Both the position numbers and the translations under genes were made by a program. From Balanoglossus misakiensis (lineage: Eukaryota; Animalia; Hemichordata), in NCBI GenBank assembly GCA_040954595.2, contig CM082592.2, positions 6,613,531-6,677,530 on the forward strand: a stretch of DNA of 64,000 bases, written 5' to 3'. The notes below the pieces were generated by a model. That model was not told where the DNA came from and ran no database searches. It saw only the letters and a list, made by a program, of their open reading frames with translations. Below are positions 24,201-36,000 of this stretch, piece after piece (within the stretch, counting starts at the first letter, position 1; each line of letters opens with the position of its first letter).

Positions 24201-27200
24201 TTAAGATGGGCAACCTTTGTTACATTTTGAAATGCAGTTTTCTAATTGAAAATATCACATTCTTGATTACCTGTGATTTTAGCCTTCATTGATTTTTTTT
24301 TGTCCTCATATAGGTACTGCCCATCAATTGAGTCAAAGGTGTTGAGATTTCCACAGAGAAAAAATCAAGTTTGGTTAGAACCTGAGGGTGAGTTTGTATC
24401 AAATTAAAGTCCCATGATTTGTACTTTTGGGGAATTATCATGAAATTTGTTTTAATATTAGGCCATACAGATGTATGCACTGAAGTATATACAAGTATTA
24501 AAAACCCCAAGTATGAGTGTGTATGCAAGTTTTAACCAGATTTAAATTTCCCCATTTTCTGTAGGCTTGAGTTCCAACGTGATATATCCACAAGGGCTGT
24601 CTTGCACCTTGCCAGAAAATTTACAAAGAGAGTTGATACGGAATATTACAGGCCTCGAGAATGCAGAAATAGTCCGACCTGGTGAGTTTGCCAGACTTCT
24701 CCAGAAACCACTGTATTTTTCAAAAGAAATCTTTTGAAAAACTGAGAATAATGTCTTGCAATAGTTGAGATAAAGATTTGATAATGGTTTTGATCCCTGA
24801 CACTTCTCGAAACAGAAACACATCATTGCATACATGTTGACAGAATCGAATATATACCTGTATGTTTCTACGCAGCATTTTTACATGCCAGTGATACAAT
24901 TCAAGATGTCGAAGCATTGCAATTTCTTCCGATCAGTTACTCATCAACTACAGTAATGATGTCATCAGTGAATCAATCCTTTTTTTTGTGATTTTTCTTT
25001 TTCAGGTTATGGAGTGGAGTATGATTACATGGATCCGAGACAACTTAAAACCACCCTGGAAACTCACCCGATCTCCAATCTCTTCTTCGCCGGACAGATT
25101 AACGGTACGACCGGATACGAAGAAGCTGCTGCCCAGGTGAGAAACTGACAGTCGAGTGATGGAAACAGTAATAGTCTGTGATTTATTGTTAATCCGGTGA
25201 CCTTGAGAGTTCAAAGGGCAGTGTCTATCTTTTGATTATTTTCGTTGTTACTTGTGATAAGTCGGGTCGTGATGTAATGCCCCTTTAATTTTAGTTTAAT
25301 CTTTGCTTAGATTACAGTAATATCTGCCGTCAACTGCAGGCAGAATCTTTGTCTATATCTTAAAGTTCAAACTCATTTTATTATTTTACCAATGGAAAAT
25401 GTTTAGTGTTGATTCCTGTGGGAAATGAAAATGGTGTTTAAAATTGGGTTTCACAAATGCATGGTGCTTCAGACACCTTCCCGAGATCAGTCTCCGTGTC
25501 GCCATGGTGATTGTTTTTCCCCTCCTATCACAGGGCATCGTAGCTGGCATCAATGCAGCGTTGAAGGTTCACAAGAAACCCCCCTTCACTGTAAAACGGA
25601 CGGAGGGATATATCGGAGTGCTGATCGACGACCTGACCACCCAGGGTGCCACGGAGCCGTACAGGATGTTCACGAGTCGTGCCGAGTTCCGACTCAAGCT
25701 GCGACCCGATAACGCTGACCAAAGACTCACAAGCAGAGGTTAATTATTGAATACCACTTTCTCATTCATAATTGATACCAAAATAATACTAAAAGTGCAT
25801 AGTGAAATAAAGTCTTCCACCAAATGGTAATATAACTTATAAGCAGTCTGGTTTCCATCAGGATTATGATTGTGTAAGATCAAAGGGCAGAGAGGTCATA
25901 TTTACTAGGTCACCCTTTTGGGCAATCAGCAACCTGAAAGTCCAAAGGGGGCATATATGAAAGATTAATTATCTATCATTTTGCTATGTTGCGTACTTTG
26001 ACTTCCTTGGCACTAAGACAGATCTCTTTTGGGGTGATCATCGCCAACTAATGATTATATTTTACCAATAAATGCATTTGTTCTTTTGTGACATGATTTA
26101 AATTTAGCAATTTAGCAAAATATCAAACTATCATCATTCCCGTGTATGTATACCCAGGAACTAATTTCCACACATCCTTTCTTAGAACAGCAGACTTCCT
26201 AACTTATGTCTCCCATCTGAAATTTGTTGAAAAGATGCTCTTTTTTATATATATTAGGTTACGAAATAGGCTGTGTCAGTGAACCTAGGTACCAGCATGC
26301 TGTCGCCATGTCAACCAAATTGAATGCTGGGATAGATGTGTTGAAGTCTGTGGTGATGTCAGCGGCGAAGTGGTCAAGGAGTGTCGATGTGCACTTCACA
26401 AAGAAAGAAAATATGAGGTATGACGATAGAGTATATTTTTTTGTAAGTTATCTTGATATCCAAGTAGCCAGCCACTTTCATTGCAACTCCAATCACTTCT
26501 CCATCTTTTCTCTTCCTGTAGTGCATTTGATGTTTTGTGCAGTCGTGATGTGACTGTAGAGACCTTGGCAACAGTGTGTCCTCAACTTCGAGAGTTGGCT
26601 GAAGACAAAGAACTGGCAAGAAGACTCAAGATAGAAGGTTTGAACATGATGATATAATTTTGATTCTGTAAAACCTGAGATACTAGTAGTTATTAAGAAA
26701 AAATGGCCGCCATTCTACCCAGTTCTTGTACAGTTCTGACGTCACCCCTCAAACCATAGAGACACACCAAGGTCCAAACTGGATCTTCTCCCTCCCCCCC
26801 CCAACATTCCACAGAAAATGGCTTCGCAACCTATATATTCAAGATTACCTTGGTGTTCAGGATGATGGCCTTTTTAAAGGCCGACGATCGTCTCATGTGG
26901 ATGTGTGTACATCATTACGTCCAATCCAAATGTTCTGCACATTTTGCGTTCGACGCGTTCATAGAGTGGACTGCCTTTGCTACCTTCCATATTTCATGCA
27001 CACCGTATATAAGTAGACTTTAGTTTTGTCCCTTCTTTTCACCCTACGTGCTGTCTTTTCCTGATCTCCAATACAGACTATGGTCGCCGCCATCTTGTCT
27101 ATTACACAGACTAATGGTCGCCGCCATCTTGTCTGTTATTAGGACAGCACATTGCCCTATGGCATTGACTGACTGACAATTTTGTAACCAGAGTCTCTGG

Positions 27201-28154
27201 TTTGGCACATGGGCACAAGATGACTGTCACCCTTAAAAAACCACGGACATCATGCGCTGGTGTCTGTTCCATGGCAACGTTGACTCAGCTTGCGTGCATT
27301 CAAAGAACAAAAATGACCACACGGCCTTGATAAGAAGCCAAACAGGACTCTTTTTTTCCCCGTAACACCGACGTCCGACCCCAATCTATCCACCAGGACA
27401 TTATGCACCGATCATGTGGAAGGTGGAGGCCGATATTCAAGAAGTGAAGAAAGACGAAGATTTTGTACTGCCTGAAAATCTGGATTATCAAAGGTACATA
27501 GTAATTATATATAGCAGTTGATACTTGTATATTTCACTCAGGAAGACTACTGTTCTGAACATTTTCATGTCTTTAAATGGATGGTTCTGTATTGTTATGT
27601 TTCAGATTGTAACAATATCATTTTTTTTTCTCTCATCCAGTCTTAATTTATCTAAAGAAATCAAGGAGAAGTTATCGCAAGTTCGACCGTCTTCGGTAAG
27701 CCTTGAATTTGACATTGTTTGATGGATTGTAGCTGTAGTACAGTAACAACGCCAAATTACACCTGCTTCAAAGTCTGGGAATTTTAAATGACAATTAGTT
27801 GGTCTTTTCTTCTTTTTATTTAGCCATGAATAAACAAAAGCGTAAATAACAACTAGATTTTTACATAGTTTCATGTGGTTTGAGTTGCAAGTACTTCGTA
27901 TATTTGGTTGAGTATATTGTGTGCCTTTTCAGGCATATTCTAATACAGCAGACCCTCCTATGTTACTGATATGACATAAGGCTTCCAACAGACTATGAAT
28001 TCATGTTTGTGACTCTTCTCTGTCTTTCTGTGTGGTGTCGTTTCAGATCGGTGGAGCCAGCCGTATTCCTGGCATGACACCTGCCGCTCTCTTGCTGCTC
28101 TTGTACCAAGTGAAGAAATGGGCAAAGCAGAACGGGGAAGTGTCGGCATCGTGA
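21279..28154 (+). CDS. MTO1: Mitochondrial tRNA modification protein MTO1 (MnmG/GidA family), 16 coding exons, 662 aa
   Basis: Exons 21279-21480, 22218-22313, 22484-22539, 22999-23167, 23436-23612, 23739-23851, 23965-24077, 24314-24387, 24565-24681, 25006-25136, 25534-25738, 26258-26417, 26522-26637, 27397-27493, 27641-27695, 28047-28154 sum to 1989 nt. Arg-rich presequence, FAD motif [97 protein letters not shown]. Confidence 0.97.
22321..22393 (-). mobile_element. Third, truncated copy of the ~90-bp TTAA MITE (MTO1 intron)
   Basis: CTATGGTTTGGTCCAAATCCATTATTTTCTATGGTAAAACTGGACCTCT..GGGGTG aligns to the reverse complement of 17232-17324. The TIRs are lost. Confidence 0.6.
27080..27134 (+). 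repeat. Short direct duplication ATGGTCGCCGCCATCTTGTCT x2 in an MTO1 intron
   Basis: Two identical 21-mers 34 bp apart. Confidence 0.7.
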
Positions 28155-29698
28155 CACGACCAATTTCAGTAAGACCTGATGTCGATTTTAAAGTATTGAA
28201 GAGAAATTAGAATCATGCGTACATGTATTGCACTCCACACATAATACCTGCTACGTATGCATCAGCAAAATTAAACAGACAAAAATGATCTGAATGTTTT
28301 TTTGAGAAAAAAAAACTACTGATGTTGATTTTAAGAAAACAAAAGAATTAACCCAGCCTGTCACAAGAGGGCAGTAGATTTCTCAGGGACATTGTGCAGA
28401 TGTCAACAGATAGCAGTCTTTTAAAATTATATTCTGATATATATATTTTTCACTTTAACCGTAAAGTGTCTATGTATGTTGTGTGTGTGTTGGGGGCGGG
28501 GGGGGGGTGACCATTTTTGCAGAAATGACACTGGATGATGTCACTGTTGGAAGAAATTCCATTTATTCCGGATGTTTTTTTTTGCTTTGACATGATATGA
28601 TTGCCAGCGGCGAATTGTTACACTCTGGCGAAAATATACCTGAAGAGAATTGGCAGTTGTACTTGGATTGAGGATTTTTTGAACACTCTTCAATGCAGTC
28701 TGACATTTTATGCGGGTAGGCACTTGAAAAAATCACACGAAAAACGATGACTTGCATCAGACTGTACTCATAAAATTAAGATTTTGCAGACAAGAACTCA
28801 AACACATTTTAACACACCTTGTCCGTTTTCTATGCTATGATTGGTCGAATCAATGTGTGCACCTTGATGTCTGTAGTTGTACACACAATGGTTATAAATA
28901 CATGTACACATGAAATACATATGCAGCGTAAAGGCTGCTGAAACGGTTTCTGAACAGAACACACTGTTTTTAAAGCCCTAGTACCAGGGCTATAGCTAAA
29001 GCCCAAATGTTGCCGGCAAAATTTCTATAGTAGGCGGCGGTGGACATTAATATAGAGCGCCCGCAGTAAATAAAGTTATCTAATCTTTTCTTTTCTTTTT
29101 GTTTGCGCGGAGATTATATTGGCCTCTCCTTTCATGGGATGCTTTGGTACTCGTAATGCCCAAAATAACGTTTAAAGTCTTTTGAAATGTATTTTAAGAT
29201 ATCACCAGACTCTCCCGTTAAAAAGGTGTCCCGACTCCAAAGTGAAAACTGACTATGGTGCATGAACGTTTTGGTCACGCAATTTATCCGATCAGTATCG
29301 CGCCATGTAAATTTATCGACTTCATAAAGATCCAGACATAATCGTTTAAAATTATCACCTCAGTACCCCCGGAGAAGAAGCCCCATAAGCTGTCATTTTC
29401 AGAATACGTCATCCACCACTGAGGTTGATGAAGGGGTATTTACAAGGAGGCAAAAAAGGCTAAACTGGTTAGCAGTCCATTTACAGCTAACGGGACATTT
29501 GAATTATTCCAACTAAATTTGTAAATTTCAAACCCCATGGTACTCTTCTCACAAAAAAGTACCGGACTCGTTTCAGAAGCGATCCCCGGTAGCCGGTAGA
29601 TTTTTTTTCATGACATCCCTCCTATTATAATACTGAGACATATAAAAACGATATATATTTTTTTTAGATATTTCAGTGACGTGAGGGGTCTTTGTAGA

Positions 29699-30757
29699 CT
29701 ACGGAAAACTGTGTTCAAGAAAGGCGTAACTTTCTTCGTCGTCCTCGTCGTTTTTCTTCGGGGACAAACAGGACGATATGCCGACAACAACAGTACTGAT
29801 GATCACCAGGACGGCGCCGCAGATCTCCAGAACGGAGAAACTTCTGTGGAGCAGGAAGAAGCTGAGAATATACGCCATGACCACTTCGACGTTGGACAGT
29901 AGTACAACGGTGGCGGCGCCCTCGGACTGGAGACTGTAGAAGCCCAACCAGAGCTCGAACAAGTCGAACAGGATGACGCCGAAAAGCAGCGCGCTGGTCT
30001 GGAGGCCCATCTTCCAAAGCGGTTTATCGAGTATATACATTAAGAAGAGGTCGAATACCATACCGACCATTCCCTGGTACAAAACGATCAGGGATACGCT
30101 GGTTCCTTTTGTTATTGCACGAACTGATACCGGCGAAATTGAGTAACATATAGCGCAAATAAAAGCCAGCCCGTAAGCTGTGAGTTCTAGTTTCATCGGT
30201 ATGGGCTCTGTTCTCGTGTCCTCAACCGAGCAGTCCGACGCGCAAATCTGCGCATTATACCCAAAAACAAAAGTCGGACACGTGATGAAGATTACACCAA
30301 TGATATTGATGACTGCGCAGACGGCGTCCACGGGTTTCCAGAGTTCCTTCAAAGCGACGCAGGCGATGAGAGACGTGACGAACGGCATGGTGGCGTTGAT
30401 GATGGCAGTGACGTTGCCCAGCGGCGCCCAGACCACGGCGTACACGTAGCAGGCGTCGCCGATGAGCAGCACGACCCCGTTGACGACCAGGAGGACGTTG
30501 GTGCGCAGGTCCGCCACCAGGAAGTTGCCGTCCTGCACGCGGATCACTATCGCCATGGTGACCGTGATGCTCACGGCCACCATGAAGAGAATCTGGAACT
30601 CCCCCACCCCGGCGGCGACCATGAGTACGGCGAAGGCCCCGGCGACGGCGTGGCTGCCGCCGGAGAACATGGCGGAGCAGACGGTGATGACGGACTTCCA
30701 TCGCACAGCACCGCAACATTTCTTCTCTCCACATTCTTCTATCTTGTCAATCAGCAT
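29699..30757 (-). CDS. SLC35G-like / EamA (drug-metabolite transporter superfamily) multi-pass membrane protein, 352 aa, single coding exon
   Basis: Uninterrupted ORF with about 10 hydrophobic segments in two repeated halves and DMT-type motifs (YVYAVVWAPLGNVTAIINATMPFVTSLIACVALKE; LQSEGAATVVLLSNVEVVMAYILSFFLL..SVLEICGAVLVI). A strong polypyrimidine acceptor (..TCTCTCTCAG) lies just upstream of the ATG at ~30768-30797, implying a 5'-UTR intron. Confidence 0.85.
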   Translation of the reverse strand: MLIDKIEECGEKKCCGAVRWKSVITVCSAMFSGGSHAVAGAFAVLMVAAGVGEFQILFMVAVSITVTMAIVIRVQDGNFLVADLRTNVLLVVNGVVLLIGDACYVYAVVWAPLGNVTAIINATMPFVTSLIACVALKELWKPVDAVCAVINIIGVIFITCPTFVFGYNAQICASDCSVEDTRTEPIPMKLELTAYGLAFICAICYSISPVSVRAITKGTSVSLIVLYQGMVGMVFDLFLMYILDKPLWKMGLQTSALLFGVILFDLFELWLGFYSLQSEGAATVVLLSNVEVVMAYILSFFLLHRSFSVLEICGAVLVIISTVVVGISSCLSPKKNDEDDEESYAFLEHSFP

Positions 30758-32751
30758 TGTGGTTTATCTGAGAGAGAGAGAAAAAGAAACAGAAAAATTA
30801 AACACATCGAAGAAACTCTGTCGATAAAAGAAGTGCGCTTTTCGCCTAGAAAGCATCTTTCATGGATTCTGGTAACGTTGACAAGTTTTTCGTTTTGGAC
30901 AAACTGGAATAAACGTCTAGTCATACCCTATAGAAGTTTGCCCTCCTGTGATGAAATACCCGCTGGATTTCACAAAACGAACATACGTACTCGCAGTATA
31001 CCACACTCTGGAAACTGTACTGAAAAAGTGTGGCGCGCGCGGTTGTCATACTATTTTTATAAGCGACATCACTGTAAAGGTGTTGACTCTAAAGCGGATG
31101 ACGGGAATTGGCCTCCCCCGTTTAGGGACACCACTCATCCCACCTCATGACACGCCGTTAGCTGGTTAGATCATTTCGGTAACAGGACATCGCAAAGCAA
31201 ATAAACTGTAATGGAGAAATGAAATAACGACTGCGCATAGGAACAGAAGCCGTGAGTTCTAAAGTGCTCGTCCATGTCGTTGGCAACAGAAACTGATAAA
31301 ACTCCGGTAATTGTGAGTTTTGAAATACTCACTGAGTGCTTGAAAATGACGAGTGTTCATTGACTCCTGCGCCGTGATAAGAGAAGTTAATTAGCGGTTC
31401 GGCCAACGGGGGATTGCACTGAAGAACAGTTTCGAGAAGTTCTCCCAGCAATAATAGATCACTCTGCCTCTTTCATGGTGTCGTGGTTTCCCAGGGAACC
31501 GTGGGATTTCACGGCATCGACCAACCGACCAAGGCTAATGGGGTGAATCTCTAGAGGGCGCCTTTAGATATCCAGTTTCTGCGCACTTTCCCTTCGTATA
31601 AATCTTCCTTTTGGGGGGAAATAATGAATGCCAACTTTACACCAATGAATGCGTGTAGGGAGCGATTGATTTTTTTACTTATTCGCTTTACTGTCCGACT
31701 TAGCGATAATACTACATCCCTCTTAGCAAGTAATTTGCACATCATGGCATATAGTAGTCACCATACATCACAAGAGCATACAGCTGCCCTATCACGAAGT
31801 GCGACGCGGACTGGCAAACCGACAGTCACTGTCAGACATTTCAGAAGCAACCGCGTGTCATTCAACTGACAACTCGAACAGACCTGTTCAAGTGACAGAA
31901 TCGACGATAACGAACCCAGTCCGTCGAAGCAAACACAACCAAGACTTCTAATAACCGCAAGCGTCTGAAGATAAGAGAATCCACCGAGCGCCACCTAATC
32001 ATAGAAACTTAACCTGTCTGGGTACATGACATTTGGATTGCATAATAAAAATGTAAAATGAAAGAGGTAGATGTGGTGTGAATACTGAGGTTGGCTGTAT
32101 TTTCTGAAGGGAGCTATATATAGACAAAAAATAACTCATTTGAGGGCGAGACTAAGTCATGTAACCAAAATGGGCATGGTCTATAACTTATAGTTGAACA
32201 CAAAATTAACGATGATCGATAGGACGTGCTCCATAACTTGAACACAATAGACTTTTATGGGGTTAATTATTCTACTGGTTTCGGGTCATTTGTCGAATAA
32301 TTTAAAAGCTGCCGGCCAAATAATGCTCAATGACCCACATAATCCCTTCATGCATCAAATTCAAACCGCAATGTTGCCTATAGGTAGAAAAGGTGTCGAA
32401 GGTGCGTACACGCAGCAGACAGACTGCCGGGTGACTGATGTGACAAAGAGGTTTATGACCTGTCAGAATCGAAAAAGCCAAGATAATTGAAAACCGTCCT
32501 CTCGCGGGGAAGGTTCAACAATTAGCAGTATAAAAACGACACTGATAGCATTATACACAACAGCGTTCTGCCTTTTAAAGTAGTAGGCCTACACCTACGA
32601 CAGAAATGACTGTCGTTGAAGGACACTTTAGATTTCCCAAGCCGGGTCACGCCCCCGAGTCTATATATATACTAGTATTTATCGCTATGATAACGAGAAA
32701 TATACTAGTATGCTGCCTACGCATGGGTGTTAATTAAATTACGTCATCGAG

Positions 32752-33075
32752 TTAAGGTGTAGTCTGCGCATCGGGGACAGATTTTCACGGATGAATGATA
32801 TCCCTCAAAACCTTCCAATTCTTTGCCATATTAAAGCATGTGAGGAGTCTTGTTGAAAAAAACGGAAAATATATGTCGTTCACCCTCCTTTTTTCACAAA
32901 ATCACTACTTTAAAGTTAGAGTTGGCGGCCATTTTGAATTTCAATTTAGACAATGTTGCTCTCTCGTACAAAATTTTGCTCGGTGACCTCCATTTTTTTC
33001 TGCTCAAATTTACGAGAGAATACTAGTAGCCTGAAGTTGTCTTGAGCAAAATATGAGAAAAAGTTTAAGACTGAG
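32752..33075 (+). mobile_element. Interspersed TTAA-type non-autonomous DNA element (MITE-like)
   Basis: Starts TTAAGGTGTAGTCTGCGCATCGGGGACAGA. The 5' half is similar to 1265-1480, and the reverse complement of the 3' half is similar to 52915-53015. Confidence 0.6.
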
Positions 33076-36000
33076 TTCCGATGGTAACACCGTCGCCAAG
33101 CAAACCGTTAGTGCCCACTGCATAGTGGACCCACTGAAGGATATTACACATTGAATAATATTACCACGTGTTCATACTAATAAACAAAGGTGATAAAATA
33201 ATGTTTTACTAAGCCGGTTAACAACAAGTGCCTGTGTTAATATCATTTCTGGTAATCGATTTAGTATTTGCTGATAAAATCGTGACTGAACAATTTTCAG
33301 TAGCTTATAGCTATAGCTGTATCTTTGACTTGATCCCATTCTTATGTCGGTCGCTTAGCATTTCCTTTCCGTGAACCGAGAACGCAATTAATTTCCTCTG
33401 CTCCACCATCGAAGGAATATTATTTATCGTCTTCTTGTAAAGATGAATCTGCAGGTGAAAGGCGTCACTTCGGGCAATGATCAACAAAAAGACCTTTGTG
33501 CAGTTTTTTTGAAAGAACATCTGTTTTTAGAAACACGTGTGAAAAAACGATGGTGCTGAACACATGAATTGTCCCTATTTCTCGTCACCAACGCATGCAC
33601 GTATAGGGCCAAATTTGAGATATTTCTGATCATCGTGACCCAATGACAGTTAAAGTAATGAGTATATCTGATCGTATTTGAGTATTTACTCTTATACTAC
33701 GAGAAAGTGGTTTTGGTAAGATGAATATTAATGAACTCGCGATCGACCAAGACTCATCGCTCCACTGAATAATTTCATACAGCGGCATTGTTGGCGTAAG
33801 CTCGCTTTGTAAATCTTTCATGGCGATGTAGTCTCTTTCTTTCAACGGGTGTGTTTATTTGTTTGTTCGCATGTATGAAAACAAGTAACGGTGTTGCCGG
33901 GGGCGACAGAGAAGGAAGATCACATCGTGGGTAGTCGTCCCCGACGACCGCAGGGTGGTGCGAGATGTAAAGTGAAGGGGTCGTCGCGCCGCGTTTGCTT
34001 GTTTATAAACATTACAATTCATCCACAAATCCCTCAAATAAGATAATTTTTAGAATGAACGAAGCAGCCAACCGAGGCGTAGACTGGGCATGACAGCAAC
34101 TGAAGATCGTGGCAACTGCAGTGGGGCTTGCGCTGGTATGGGAGGACATATTCTCGTCAAAGGGCCCGGACACCCATGCGGCGCGACGACCCCTTCCCTT
34201 TAATTTGCAAGAGGCATGTACACTTGGGAGCAAGACGGACAATAGGTATTCCATGTGTAAATTGGTCAACTTTGTCCGGTTGTCACAAGGCACGTTTCAG
34301 ACTTACCTCTATTTAGGTTTAACCCGCAATCATTTTTATAGGCTGAAATTCCGACAGCTCAAATGTTTCTTCCGTTCTGCACCCCCGATAGAAAAATGAT
34401 TTAATAGGTCCGAATTCGACTCCACATCTTATTAACGGTGATGGGCCGTTCTCTCGTATTACACGCTAGTCACGGGACAGTACAGTATATGAAGCCTCAA
34501 GCCGCGATCGCAAAAAGAAAGAAAAATTCTTCGGTAGAAACGAAGACCTGCGCAGTCGATTTCTCATTGTAAGCATATTCAAAATATATCATCATAGAGA
34601 CTATATCAATGTGTCACTGTGGGATCTTATATCTAAATTAGATGTTTAAAACTCTGGCCAAAGCTAATGCAAATTCACCTGTAGACTGTTTATTGTATTA
34701 TAGAATGGTATTGGTATTTGCAAATTTGCGCCGACGGTCTTCGTCCACTCATATGAACGTATAACAGTATAATTTGAAAAAAGTACACAATGTATTACAT
34801 ACGTATTACAAAGGCATCGACCTTTCACGGATAGCCCATACCGATAATTGGCTTTTTACAACAAGTATCGTATAGACCAAACCGGGACAGCTATCACCTC
34901 GGTTCGGCGTAATGAAGTTTGAGGATCAAGCGATAAAGCCGCGGTGCATTGAAAATTGATATTACATATAAGTTTTGACACGTCAGATGTTAATTAGAGC
35001 AGATGTCTAATAAAACATGGTCGATTTGCTTTTGATAAAAGACGTAATTGATAATCAGTTTCATTTACTCGCATCGTTCCGTGTATTCGATCGCAGGTAG
35101 TAAATTGTCTTATATTTTCATAAACTGAAATGGTCTAATTAAATATCCCGTGGCATTATAAAAGACCAAGAACTCTTTAAATTAAATAGATGGATTTCAA
35201 CAATAGAAGAAATAATTGCCAATAACATCTGAAGGGAAAAAACTATCCGTTATACTCTTAATACTGCGAGATCTCTCGAAAATCTACGAGCGCCTGTGCG
35301 GTTTATCTGAAGTCGAAATTTGAGAAACTAACAAACACTGTTTCAAAGGTAGCCGATATTCAAATTGCTATAAATGTAGACACGCCGTGTGTTTATGTTA
35401 TTGCGAATTGTTTGTCTGTTTGTTTATAGTTTATTTCTTGTTGCCGTTGGTTACCCAAACTCGGTCGGTGATTTATGATGACAGAGGGTGCGCCGGCCCG
35501 GGTTGTAAGGCAAAGAACGTGTCACGTGGCCGAATACCGTCCACGCGGATATCACCGTGCCGCGGCGGAGGGGGCTTTCGCCACTGTCGACTGGCTTTGC
35601 ATATCATTACACATGCGCATGACTATGTCCGAGGCTTCACTCTTTTTGCTCATCGAGGTCAGATTTCTTTACCCCTTCCCCATAAATCACATTTCTATTC
35701 GTCTTTTTTTCTCTCAATGGCAACGGAAAGTGGAACACAGAAAACCTCAAAGAGTAAGAGTAATCAATTTCAATGTCTGTTGTCAGTTTACAGAAAAAAA
35801 ACAAGGTTATCCAAGATGCCTCTGTCATTAAAACGAAACACAATCCAAGACTTGGATCATTGCAGTATTCTTTCGCCATAATTCTAAAAAGTGATTGAAG
35901 ATTTTCAAAAGAAATAACGTCCACAACCACGGCATAGTCTAAAGACGTCGATATGTGAAGTACACGCGATTCCCCCACAGCGACCTGGATTCGGCAAGGC

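Noticed and set aside
29608-31150. Several long overlapping ORFs on both strands (e.g. 30255-30734, 30462-30827, 30650-31150)
   Set aside because: They are shadows of the GC-rich transporter CDS, with no recognisable domains.
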